A stretch of DNA of 64,000 nt from Thermodesulfobacteriota bacterium (lineage in GTDB: Bacteria > Desulfobacterota_D > UBA1144 > Nemesobacterales > JAJCZQ01), in assembly GCA_965203965.1 (NCBI GenBank), contig CBDBDR010000017.1:256001-320000 (forward strand). The letters run 5' to 3'. Of the stretch, positions 10,633-19,773 are shown in pieces. A program made the translations under genes and the position numbers. The notes under the pieces were generated by a model. It was given only the letters and a program-made list of their open reading frames with translations. It did no database searches and had not been told where the DNA came from. How positions within the stretch are numbered: the first letter of the stretch is position 1; each line of letters starts with the position of its first letter.

Positions 10633-12099
10633 GTGAACATTAAATTAAAGACGGATAACTATCTTGATAGTAACTGCGACGTGCTGATTTTTACGAAATT
10701 TGCCGATCAGCCGTTTTCTGATGAACTGAAAAAAATAGATAAGAAGTTGAACAACTCAATTTTACAAAAAGCCAAGGATGCAAAATTTAAAGGAGAAAAA
10801 GAGTCATTGCTGACAGTGGATACGGTTGGTATTCTGAAATCTAAAACTGTTTTCGTTCTTGGTTTGGGGTCAAGAAAAAAGTTTTCAATAAGTTCCTGCT
10901 ACAGATCATTTGCTTCTGCAGGGAGAAAGCTGTCTGCAAAAGACGTTAATATTAAGGTTGTATATGAGTTGCCGGGCAAAAAAAACATTTTATCATCTGC
11001 TATTGAAGGTCTTGTTCAAGGTAGTTATGAGTTCAATAAATATAAGACTGACAAGAAAGAGGTTGCAAGAAAGATTGAACTGTATTCGAAGACTTTAAAT
11101 TCCAAAGCCTTTGACAGGGAGAAAAAATTTGCTGTTGAAGTATCCGACGCGGTAAAACTTGCAAGGGACATTATCAATGAACCTCCAGTATATTTAACCC
11201 CTTCCAAGTTGGCAGAAATTTCAGCATCAGTAGCCCACGACGGAGACATTGAAGTAGAGATATTTGAAAGTGAGCATATACAGAAGATGGGAATGGGAGC
11301 ACTTTATGCCGTATCACGCGGAAGTGTGCAACCCCCCAAATTCATACGCTTAACTTATACCCCTTCTAAATTTTCAAAGACGCTGGCGGTTGTTGGGAAA
11401 GGAGTTACTTTTGATTCTGGTGGATTGTGTCTCAAGCCGGCTGATTCAATGCTTACAATGAAAATGGATATGTCCGGTGCCGCAGCGGTTGTCGGAGTAA
11501 TGAAAGCTGTTTCCAAATTAAAGCCTAAAGTTAAAGTGCATGGACTCATTCCCGCGACGGAAAATATGACTGGTGGAGACGCCTACAAACCCGATGACGT
11601 GATCTATGCCATGAACGGTAAATCAGTCGAGATTATAAATACGGATGCGGAAGGCAGGTTGGCTTTGGCAGACGCACTGAGCTATGCGGTTAAAGAATTA
11701 AAGGTGAATGAAATTATTGATCTTGCCACTTTAACCGGGGCATGTATTGTGGGGCTTGGCAGTTACACGGCAGGAGTTATGGGAAACGATCAAAGGTTGG
11801 TAGATGATATTTTAAGATCAGGGGAGATTGTGGGCGAAAAAATATGGCAGCTACCCCTTGATGAAGAGTTGAGAAAAGAGATTGAAAGCAAAATTGCAGA
11901 TATTAAAAATGTTGGAAGCAGATGGGGTGGAGCGATTACCGCGGCGATGTTTTTGGAACATTTTGTGTCCAAAAAACCTTGGATCCATATAGATATTGCC
12001 GGTCCTGCATACTTAAATGACGGGAACGAAGTTTATCCTCCCGGAGGAACGGGTTTTGGCGTGAGAGCCGTAACTAATTACATAGTGGATAAGGCATAA
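10633..12099 (+). CDS. pepA: Leucyl aminopeptidase (M17)
   Basis: VGKGVTFDSGG, MKMDMSGAA and NTDAEGRL motifs. Likely start is GTG 10633 after AGGAGGAG. Confidence 0.95.
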   Translation: MNIKLKTDNYLDSNCDVLIFTKFADQPFSDELKKIDKKLNNSILQKAKDAKFKGEKESLLTVDTVGILKSKTVFVLGLGSRKKFSISSCYRSFASAGRKLSAKDVNIKVVYELPGKKNILSSAIEGLVQGSYEFNKYKTDKKEVARKIELYSKTLNSKAFDREKKFAVEVSDAVKLARDIINEPPVYLTPSKLAEISASVAHDGDIEVEIFESEHIQKMGMGALYAVSRGSVQPPKFIRLTYTPSKFSKTLAVVGKGVTFDSGGLCLKPADSMLTMKMDMSGAAAVVGVMKAVSKLKPKVKVHGLIPATENMTGGDAYKPDDVIYAMNGKSVEIINTDAEGRLALADALSYAVKELKVNEIIDLATLTGACIVGLGSYTAGVMGNDQRLVDDILRSGEIVGEKIWQLPLDEELRKEIESKIADIKNVGSRWGGAITAAMFLEHFVSKKPWIHIDIAGPAYLNDGNEVYPPGGTGFGVRAVTNYIVDKA

Positions 12100-12160
12100 A
12101 CAACGGTTTCAATTGTTTTCAGAATGTAACTTGTAGCTATTATTAGCGGTAGATAGCTTT

Positions 12161-12832
12161 TTATTTTCTTATGGATTTAGAAGAATAGATACCTACCAAT
12201 CTTGCGACCATGAAAGCGATAAAGAGTTGTCCCGTGATCGCCTCTAAAACAGACATTATCCTCCCGATGGGCGTTATAGAAGTTATATCCCCATATCCCA
12301 ATGTTGTTAATGTTGTGTAGCTGAAATAGATCAATTCATTGGGTGTAAGGTGCTGATTGGTGTGTTCAACTGTAAAAATAGCCCCGGGAATTATCTCCTC
12401 AATGAGACCGTATATTGAAGCCCACAGGAGTCCAAGCAGGAGATAAATACAGACCGCACCGTATAAAGTGTTCTCTGTAATATCTTTTGATTTGATTATC
12501 ATATCAAACAGGATTAGGATTACGTAAAGAAAAAAGAAAAACCCCGCGAAAACGGATTTTGCCGTCATAAAAAACCATTCGGAAAAGAACCAAGGAAGAG
12601 CAAGAATTAGAAGCATTACTATTGCTTTTTTATTGGTGGAAGCGGCATAAACGCCTGCGATAATTACAAGTGTGCTGAGTGCGTTCAGTATTAAATGTGC
12701 ATATTGATAAGCCTCTAATAATGCTGATAGGGTCAGTAAAATCACCAATGAGCACATAAAGTTAAACATTTTATATTCCTTGACGGAAAGTAATATAAAT
12801 TTGTATATTCCTTTATTAGGGCGATTTTCCAT
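12161..12832 (-). CDS. Potassium channel family membrane protein
   Basis: YFSYTTLTTLGYGDIT pore motif and several transmembrane segments. Confidence 0.85.
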   Translation of the reverse strand: MENRPNKGIYKFILLSVKEYKMFNFMCSLVILLTLSALLEAYQYAHLILNALSTLVIIAGVYAASTNKKAIVMLLILALPWFFSEWFFMTAKSVFAGFFFFLYVILILFDMIIKSKDITENTLYGAVCIYLLLGLLWASIYGLIEEIIPGAIFTVEHTNQHLTPNELIYFSYTTLTTLGYGDITSITPIGRIMSVLEAITGQLFIAFMVARLVGIYSSKSIRK

Positions 12833-13047
12833 TATTTATTCCATAAAATTATCTTGCTTAGCCATAACTATATCAGGTTATATTCCGTTATGTGTTACTG
12901 ATCAGCTAACGAGGTATTTTTGACCTGGTTTAACACGGTTTGCAGGATTGGCATAGGTAATTACTATGTTAAGAAGGTGATTGTGAGAAAAAATTCATAA
13001 CTCCTTTATGTAATATTTAAGGCAAGTGGTAAAAAGTTGAGCAGAAA

Positions 13048-14070
13048 ATGCAGAAAGAATTAATGACGGGACTTATACTTGATGCGGTATCGCTGGAGGA
13101 TATAAAAAAATTAGCGATCAGGGCAGAAGATTCAAACTTTCATTCTATTTGGGCAACGGAACTGTATAGAACCTCTTTTCAGCAGTTGGCTGCCGCAGCA
13201 TCCGTAACAAGTAAAATAAAGCTCGGAACTGCTGTTGCACTGGCTTTTGCAAGAAGTCCCTTGACCACGGCGCTCACAACTCTTGATCTGGATGAGTTGT
13301 CCGGTGGCAGAGTTATACTTGGTCTTGGCGTGGGTGCTAAAAATACAAATGAAAAGTATCATGGGATCAAATATGGAAAGCCATTAAAGAGAATTAGAGA
13401 ATGTGCAGAGATAATTGAGCATTATATTTCATCTTCTCATCTTGATAAGGATCTTAAATACAGCGGGGAATATTACGATATTAACTCCAAAGGTTTTAAA
13501 AGGGTTTTCACGCCCATAAGGGACAAGATACCTTTTTACCTGGCAGGTATAGGAGACAACATGGCAAAATTATCAACTGAAATAGCAGATGGTTATTTAG
13601 GTCACGTTGTTTGCAATCGGAGCTACTTGAAAAACAAGGTCATGCCGGCGATCAATGAAGGTCTTAAAAAAGCAAATAAGCAAAGAAATGATTTTACGGT
13701 ATCTTCAATTATCACTTGTGCGGTTACAAACAAACGTGAGGAAGCCAGAAGGGCGGCAAAGGCAACCATAGGATTTTATGCAACGGTAAAAACTTATAGA
13801 CGACCTTTTGAGCTGGCAGGGTTTTCCGACCAGTTGGAAAAGATCAGAAATGCTTATTTTGATAGGGATATAAAAAGGATGATTGAGAGTGTTCCAGATG
13901 ATATGGTTGAAAAATTTGCAATAATTGGGGACGAGGATCACTGTAGAGAAAAAATAGAAAGTTACAGAAAAATAATAGACCTACCAATACTGAGCGTCCC
14001 ACATTACTTTATTGATTATGAAGACGTTAAGAAATATCAATATGAGTTACTTCGGGTTTTTGGGAATTGA
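13048..14070 (+). CDS. LLM-class (luciferase-like) flavin/F420-dependent oxidoreductase
   Basis: SIWATE, IKLGTAVALAFARSP, LDELSGGRVILGLG and EIADG motifs. Confidence 0.88.
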   Translation: MQKELMTGLILDAVSLEDIKKLAIRAEDSNFHSIWATELYRTSFQQLAAAASVTSKIKLGTAVALAFARSPLTTALTTLDLDELSGGRVILGLGVGAKNTNEKYHGIKYGKPLKRIRECAEIIEHYISSSHLDKDLKYSGEYYDINSKGFKRVFTPIRDKIPFYLAGIGDNMAKLSTEIADGYLGHVVCNRSYLKNKVMPAINEGLKKANKQRNDFTVSSIITCAVTNKREEARRAAKATIGFYATVKTYRRPFELAGFSDQLEKIRNAYFDRDIKRMIESVPDDMVEKFAIIGDEDHCREKIESYRKIIDLPILSVPHYFIDYEDVKKYQYELLRVFGN

Positions 14071-14143
14071 GTTTTAACGCGTATATTTCATTTTCGTAGC
14101 TCTTTTAACTTAGAGGTTGCCATTATGGATGCAAAAAGGCGCC

Positions 14144-15904
14144 CTATCTAACGCCCATCAATTTGTCAAAAAGTTGTTTTTCCTCTGGGTCTATGATCTG
14201 CATAATTATAGTAGCTTCACTTTCGCTTGGTTGTGATCCTGCCTTAGCATACTCGCCTGCAATTTCTACCAATGCCAATGCTTTGTAGGGATCAACTATT
14301 TTTTCAGCAATTGAGAGTGCTTGTATAAATTGTCCTGCCTCAGCATAATTGCCTGCAATTTCTACCAATTCCCAGACTTCGTAGGGATCAACTATTTTTT
14401 CAACAATTGAGAGTGCTTTTGACAGTGTCCTTTCCCTTTGCTCTCCTTTTTCATACATGGCTGCAATTCCTACTAATGCCCCGGCTTTGGAATAATCATC
14501 ATTTATATTTTCAACAATTGAGAGTGCTTTTGACAGTGTCCTTTCCCTTTGCTCTCCTTTTTCATACATGGCTGCAATTCTTGCCAATGCCCCGGCTTTG
14601 TATAAATAATGATTTATATTTTCAGCGATTGAGAGAGCTTTTGTAAATTGTCTTGCCTCAGCATACTTGTCTGCAATTCTTGCCAATGCCCCGGCTTTGT
14701 ATAAATAATGATTTATATTTTCAGCGATTGAGAGTGCTTTTGAAAGTTGTCCTGCCTCAGCATACTTGTCTGCAATTCTTGCCAATGCCCGGGCTTTTTT
14801 TGAATTATGATTTATATTTTCAGCAATTGAGAGTGCTTGTGACAGTATTTGTTCACTTTGCTCTCCTTTTGCATACTCGCCTGCAATGTCTGCCAATGCC
14901 CGGGCTTTGAAAAAATCATGATTTATATTTTCAGCGATTGAGAGAGCTTTTGTAAATTGTCCTGCCTTAGCATACTCGCCTGTAATTTTCTCTAATGCCC
15001 AGGCTTTGCTAGAATCATCATTTATATTTTCAGCAATTGAGAGAGCTTTTGTAAATTGTCCTGCCTTAGCATACTCGCCTGTAATTTTCTCTAATGCCCA
15101 GGCTTTTTTAGAATCATCGTTTATATTTTCAGCAGTTGAGAGAGCTTTTGTAAATTGTCCTGCTTTAGCATACTCGCCTGCAATGTTCTTCAATGCCTCG
15201 GCTTTGCGGAAATCATCATTTATATTTTCAGCAGTTGAGAGAGCTTTTGTAAATTGTCCTGCTTTAGCATACTTGCCTGCAATGTTCTTCAATGCCTCGG
15301 CTTTGGAATAATCATCATTTATATTTTCAGCAATTGAGAGTGCTTGTGACAGTATTTGTTCACTTTGCTCTCCTTTTGCATACTCGCCTGCAATGTCTGC
15401 CAATGCCCGGGCTTTGGAATAATCATGATTTATATTTTCAGCAATTGAAAGTGCTTTTGAAAGTTGTCCTGACCCAGCATACTTGACTGCAATTTCTGCC
15501 AATACAAAGGCTTTTTCTCCATCATGATTTATATTTTCAGCAAGAAACACAGCACATGACATCAAGTCTTGTTTACATTCAAGAAAATATTTAAAATAAC
15601 TTTCTACCTTCATAAATTCATTCAGCCTAAGACCTGATATTTCCATTTGGTTGGACGTTAGACCAACAGCAAGATTTGAAGAAGGATATTTTGATAATAT
15701 CGTCTCAATTTTCTGCTTCGCTTCTTTATACGAGGTATAAATTTTTGAATGATCATCAACTCCAATCATCTTCATAGTTTGGATTATCTGATTAGCCTCA
15801 ACATATAGCTGATTTGCTTTTTCATTTGGACTTTTTGAACAAGATAATAAGAACAACGCCACGCCTATGATAACAACAATTGTGTTTGAATATTGAACTC
15901 TCAT
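14144..15904 (-). CDS. Helical tandem-repeat (TPR/HEAT-like solenoid) lipoprotein, copy 1
   Basis: Signal peptide ending LLSC; 13 repeats of consensus AENINxxxxKAxALxxIAxxYAKAGQFTKALSI. ATG 15904 follows AAGGGAAG. Confidence 0.8.
   Translation of the reverse strand: MRVQYSNTIVVIIGVALFLLSCSKSPNEKANQLYVEANQIIQTMKMIGVDDHSKIYTSYKEAKQKIETILSKYPSSNLAVGLTSNQMEISGLRLNEFMKVESYFKYFLECKQDLMSCAVFLAENINHDGEKAFVLAEIAVKYAGSGQLSKALSIAENINHDYSKARALADIAGEYAKGEQSEQILSQALSIAENINDDYSKAEALKNIAGKYAKAGQFTKALSTAENINDDFRKAEALKNIAGEYAKAGQFTKALSTAENINDDSKKAWALEKITGEYAKAGQFTKALSIAENINDDSSKAWALEKITGEYAKAGQFTKALSIAENINHDFFKARALADIAGEYAKGEQSEQILSQALSIAENINHNSKKARALARIADKYAEAGQLSKALSIAENINHYLYKAGALARIADKYAEARQFTKALSIAENINHYLYKAGALARIAAMYEKGEQRERTLSKALSIVENINDDYSKAGALVGIAAMYEKGEQRERTLSKALSIVEKIVDPYEVWELVEIAGNYAEAGQFIQALSIAEKIVDPYKALALVEIAGEYAKAGSQPSESEATIIMQIIDPEEKQLFDKLMGVR
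14237..15541 (-). repeat. Intragenic tandem repeats of 96, 99 and 111 bp
   Basis: Recurrent TTTATATTTTCAGCA.TTGAGAGAGCTTTTGTAAATTGTCCTGC on the + strand. Confidence 0.95.
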
Positions 15905-16024
15905 ACTACTTCCCTTTTTCCTATACAATAAATAGCTAACAAATATACCTGACCTAAATGTCATTCAAGATACAAGCTATACCTTTCTTGACTACAAGTT
16001 CTTGATGAGACAAATTTAACTTCA

Positions 16025-16078
16025 ATGAAAATATTGATCTCAGGTTCCAGTGGATTGATAGGAAGAAGTTTAGTATGA
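16025..16078 (+). pseudogene. 5' stub of the TIGR01777-type gene (MKILISGSSGLIGRSLV*) at the duplication junction
   Basis: Identical to 18022-18071 up to 16074, then switches to a copy of the LLM gene 3' end (16074-16103). Confidence 0.85.
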
Positions 16079-16176
16079 ATTACTTCGGGTTTTTGGGAAT
16101 TGAGTTTTAACGCAGATATTTCAGCGTCGTAGCTCTTTCAACGCAGAGGTTGCCATTATGGATGCAAAAAGGCGCC

Positions 16177-17901
16177 CTATCTAACACCCATTAATTTGTC
16201 AAAAAGCTGTTTTGCCTCTGGGTCTATGATCTGCATAATTATAATAACGTCACTTTCGCTTGGTTGTGACTCTGCCTCAGCATATTTGACTGCAATTTCT
16301 ACCAATGCCTGAGTTTTGTAGAGATAACGATTTATATTTTCAGCAGTTGAGAGAGCTTTTGTAAATTGTCCTGCTTTAGCATACTCGCCTGCAATGTTCT
16401 TCAATGCCTCGGCTTTGCGGAAATCATCATTTATATTTTCAGCAGTTGAGAGAGTTTTTGTAAATTGTCCTGCCTTAGCATACTCGCCTGCAATGTTCTT
16501 CAATGCTAAGGCTTTGTAGCGACCATCGTTTATATTTTCAGCAGTTGAGAGAGCTTTTGTAAATTGTCCTGCCTTAGCATACTTGACTGCAATGTCTGCC
16601 AATGCCGAGGCTTTGCTAGAATCATCATTTATATTTTCAGCAATTGAGAGAGCTTTTGTAAATTGTCCTGCCTTAGCATACTCGCCTGTAATTTTCTCTA
16701 ATGCCCAGGCTTTTTTAGAATCATCGTTTATATTTTCAGCAGTTGAGAGAGCTTTTGTAAATTGTCCTGCTTTAGCATACTCGCCTGCAATGTTCTTCAA
16801 TGCCTCGGCTTTGCGGAAATCATCATTTATATTTTCAGCAGTTGAGAGAGCTTTTGTAAATTGTCCTGCTTTAGCATACTTGCCTGCAATGTTCTTCAAT
16901 GCCTCGGCTTTGCGGAAACCATCATTTATATTTTCAGCAATTGAGAGAGCTTTTGTAAATTGTCCTGACTCAGCATACTTGGCTGCAATTCTTTCCAATG
17001 CCCGGGCTTTGTCTAAATCATCATTTATATTTTCAGCAATTGAGAGAGCTTTTGTAAATTGTCCTGCTTTAGCATACTCGCCTGCAATGTATCCCAATGC
17101 CCAGGCTTTGTCGCGATGACTTATATTTTCAGCAGTTGAGAGAGCTTTTGTAAATTGTCCTGCCTTAGCATACTCGTCTGCAATGTTCTGCAATGCCTCG
17201 GCTTTGCGGAAACCATCATTTATATTTTCAGCGATTGAGAGAGCTTTTGTAAATTGTCCTGCTTTAGCATACTCGCCTGCAATGTTCTCTAATGCCCGGG
17301 CTTTGTCTAAATCATCATTTATATTTTCGGCAATTGAGAGAGCTTTTGACAGTATTTGTTCACTTTGCTCTCCTTTAGCATACTCGCCTGTAATTTTCTC
17401 TAATGCCCAGGCTTTTTTAGAATCATCGTTTATATTTTCAGCGATTGAGAGAGCTTTTGTAAATTGTCCTGCCTTAGCATACTCGTCTGCAATGTTCTTC
17501 AATGCCCAGGCTTTTTTAGAATCATCGTTTATATTTTCAGCAAGCAACGCAACACATGACATCAAGTCTTGTTTACATTCAAAAGAATATTTAAAATAAC
17601 TTTCTACCTCCATAAATTTGTTCAGTGTAAGACCTGATATTTTCATTTTGTTGGACGTCAGACCAACAGCAAGATCTGAAGAAGGATATTTTGATAATAT
17701 TGTCTCAATTTTCTGCTTCGCTTCTTTATACGATGTATAAACTTTTGAATGATCATCAACTCCAGTTGTCTTCATAGTTTGGATTATCTGATTAGCCTCA
17801 ACATATAGCTGATTTGCTTTTTCATTTGGATTTCTTGAACAAGATAATAAGCACAACACCACGCCGATGACAACAATTGTGTTTGAATATTGAACTCTCA
17901 T
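16177..17901 (-). CDS. Helical tandem-repeat (TPR/HEAT-like solenoid) lipoprotein, copy 2
   Basis: Paralogue of 14144-15904 with the same N-domain and C-cap; 13 repeats with different variable residues. Confidence 0.8.
   Translation of the reverse strand: MRVQYSNTIVVIGVVLCLLSCSRNPNEKANQLYVEANQIIQTMKTTGVDDHSKVYTSYKEAKQKIETILSKYPSSDLAVGLTSNKMKISGLTLNKFMEVESYFKYSFECKQDLMSCVALLAENINDDSKKAWALKNIADEYAKAGQFTKALSIAENINDDSKKAWALEKITGEYAKGEQSEQILSKALSIAENINDDLDKARALENIAGEYAKAGQFTKALSIAENINDGFRKAEALQNIADEYAKAGQFTKALSTAENISHRDKAWALGYIAGEYAKAGQFTKALSIAENINDDLDKARALERIAAKYAESGQFTKALSIAENINDGFRKAEALKNIAGKYAKAGQFTKALSTAENINDDFRKAEALKNIAGEYAKAGQFTKALSTAENINDDSKKAWALEKITGEYAKAGQFTKALSIAENINDDSSKASALADIAVKYAKAGQFTKALSTAENINDGRYKALALKNIAGEYAKAGQFTKTLSTAENINDDFRKAEALKNIAGEYAKAGQFTKALSTAENINRYLYKTQALVEIAVKYAEAESQPSESDVIIIMQIIDPEAKQLFDKLMGVR
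16270..17541 (-). repeat. Intragenic tandem repeats of 96, 99 and 111 bp
   Basis: Same repeat unit as 14237-15541. Confidence 0.95.
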
Positions 17902-18021
17902 ACTGCTTCCCTTTTTCCTATACAATAAATAGCTAACAAATATACCTGACCTAAATGTCATTCAAGATACAAGCTATACCTTTCTTGACTACAAGTTCTT
18001 GATGAGACAAATTTAACTTCA

Positions 18022-18915
18022 ATGAAAATATTGATCTCAGGTTCCAGTGGATTGATAGGAAGAAGTTTAGTTGGTTCTCTTATGAACGAAGGTCATAAGG
18101 TGATCAAGCTGGTAAGATCTGCTTCAAGGTCTGCTAAAGATGCAGTGTTTATAGATTATGAGAACAAAAGCTATGAGTTATCTGAGTTTGAGGGTTTTGA
18201 TGCAGTAATACATTTAGCTGGTGAGGGCATTGTTGGCAGATGGACAAAAAGAAAGAAAAAGGAGATCGTAAAAAGTAGAATAGATACTACAAGACTGCTT
18301 GTGGACATATTTAAAAAGGTTTCACAGCCGCCCAACCATTTCTTGTGTGCGTCGGCAATAGGAATATATGGACATACTAAATCCGTTATAGCTGATGAAG
18401 ATTCCAATCTGGGATCAGGGTTTCTTCCGAAACTTGCCAGGGATTGGGAAGAAGAGGCAGGTCGTGCAAGGGATTTTGGTGCTAGGGTCGTTAATTTAAG
18501 GATAGGTCTGGTGTTGGATAAAAAAGATGGTGCATTATCAAAGATGCTTACTCCTTTCAGGTTTGGATTGGGGGGCTGCATAGGCGACGGCAGTCAAAGT
18601 TGGAGTTGGATATCCATTGACGATATAGTTTCCTCCATCAGTTTCATTCTGGACAATGATCGTATTGAGGGTCCCATAAACCTTGTGTCTCCAAATCCGT
18701 GTACCAATAAACATTTCACAAAAGTATTGGCAAACATTCTTAACAGACCTGCTTTTTTTCATATACCTGCCAGTGTAATAAGGTTGGTATTTGGCGAAAT
18801 GGGTGAAGAGGTTTTGCTGGCTGGTGCAGAAGTAAGACCGGCAAAATTACTGGAAAATAATTACAAGTTTATAGATACAGATATTAAGGCAACTCTGATA
18901 AAATTAATAAATTGA
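18022..18915 (+). CDS. TIGR01777 / YfcH-like NAD-dependent epimerase family protein
   Basis: ISGSSGLIG, VIHLAGE, ASAIGIYG, WEEEA, RVVNLRIGLVL and SWISIDD motifs. Confidence 0.92.
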   Translation: MKILISGSSGLIGRSLVGSLMNEGHKVIKLVRSASRSAKDAVFIDYENKSYELSEFEGFDAVIHLAGEGIVGRWTKRKKKEIVKSRIDTTRLLVDIFKKVSQPPNHFLCASAIGIYGHTKSVIADEDSNLGSGFLPKLARDWEEEAGRARDFGARVVNLRIGLVLDKKDGALSKMLTPFRFGLGGCIGDGSQSWSWISIDDIVSSISFILDNDRIEGPINLVSPNPCTNKHFTKVLANILNRPAFFHIPASVIRLVFGEMGEEVLLAGAEVRPAKLLENNYKFIDTDIKATLIKLIN

Positions 18916-18918
18916 ATC

Positions 18919-19548
18919 ATGTCATTGAAGAACAAGCAGTATGAGCTTACGGAACTCAAAAGGGAAGACTTGGATCCAGACCCTTTTAAGCAATTTGATT
19001 TATGGTACAGCGAGTCTATACGGTCTGAAATAAAATATCCGAATGCTTTTGTGCTTTCTACTTCAACAATCAGCGGAACACCATCTTCCAGAGTTCTTTT
19101 GTATAAGGGTAGGAATGAAAGGGGATTTAGATTTTATACAAACGTGGGAAGTAAAAAGGGGCAGGATTTGAAAAATAATAAAAAAGCGTCAATGTGCTTC
19201 TGGTGGGATGAGATTGAAAAACAGGTCAGGATTGAAGGTGCTGTGGATAATTTAAGTGATGAGGAAAGTGATGATTATTTCCAGACCCGTCCGCGAGGAA
19301 GTCAGTTGGGTGCTTGGGCTTCGGATCAAAGCAACGTCATAGGTAGCAGGGAAGAGCTTGACAGGCTTTATAAGCATTATGAAAACGAGTTTGCAGGCAT
19401 TGATGTTCCAAGACCTGATCATTGGCGAGGTTACATTGTAATTCCAGAAGAATTTGAGTTCTGGCAGGGTAGAAAAGACAGGCTGCATGACAGGTTCAGG
19501 TATAGGCTAGAAAACCATGAATGGATCATTGAGAGGATAGCACCGTAG
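18919..19548 (+). CDS. pdxH: Pyridoxamine 5'-phosphate oxidase
   Basis: RVLLYK, FYTN..S.KG, QVRIEG, RPRGSQLGAWAS.QS and EFWQGRKDRLHDR motifs. Confidence 0.96.
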   Translation: MSLKNKQYELTELKREDLDPDPFKQFDLWYSESIRSEIKYPNAFVLSTSTISGTPSSRVLLYKGRNERGFRFYTNVGSKKGQDLKNNKKASMCFWWDEIEKQVRIEGAVDNLSDEESDDYFQTRPRGSQLGAWASDQSNVIGSREELDRLYKHYENEFAGIDVPRPDHWRGYIVIPEEFEFWQGRKDRLHDRFRYRLENHEWIIERIAP

Positions 19549-19619
19549 CTTAAAATTTTCATTTTCCGTATTAAAAGTTCTTAATTTGACTTGTCTCTAT
19601 TTTTAGAATACAACCCTCA

Positions 19620-19763
19620 TTGCTGATCAACTTTTTAGAGAACCCGCATTGTCGGGTCTCTGTGTAATAAAAGACCCTCGCGGGAAATAGACAGACCTTC
19701 TCTCTATTTAGTTGATTAGCAAGACCCGGCGCTCTGCGTTTCGGGAATACAACTAATAGGAGG
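19620..19763 (+). ncRNA. Candidate structured cis-regulatory leader RNA, family unassigned
   Basis: Several competing stems ending at an AGGAGG RBS; see finding. Confidence 0.4.
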
Positions 19764-19773
19764 ATAAGATAAA

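Larger units (their letters stand above)
14041..18071. repeat. Tandem duplication of ~2 kb (unit 1 ~14041-16074, unit 2 ~16074-18071)
   Basis: Junction at 16074 joins a copy of the first ~50 nt of the 18022 gene to a copy of the last ~30 nt of the 13048 gene. Flanks and N-terminal coding regions are homologous between units. Confidence 0.92.

Noticed and set aside
14237..17541. CRISPR array
   Set aside because: Repeat units are multiples of 3, lie in open frames with signal peptides, have no unique spacers, and no cas genes are present.
14237..17541. TALE-like or PPR-like nucleic-acid code (33-aa repeats)
   Set aside because: No TALE consensus, variation covers about 9 positions instead of a di-residue, and the lipoprotein signal implies an extracytoplasmic location.
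14407..17599. Plus-strand ORFs such as 15006-15311, 16583-17119 and 17183-17599
   Set aside because: Antisense shadows of the repeat genes.
14144..17901. Diversity-generating retroelement target
   Set aside because: No reverse transcriptase or non-coding template repeat in the window, and differences are not obviously adenine-restricted. A remote DGR cannot be fully excluded.
19700..19730. yybP-ykoY manganese riboswitch (TTAGCAAGACC match)
   Set aside because: The required 5' GGGGAGTAGC element is absent.
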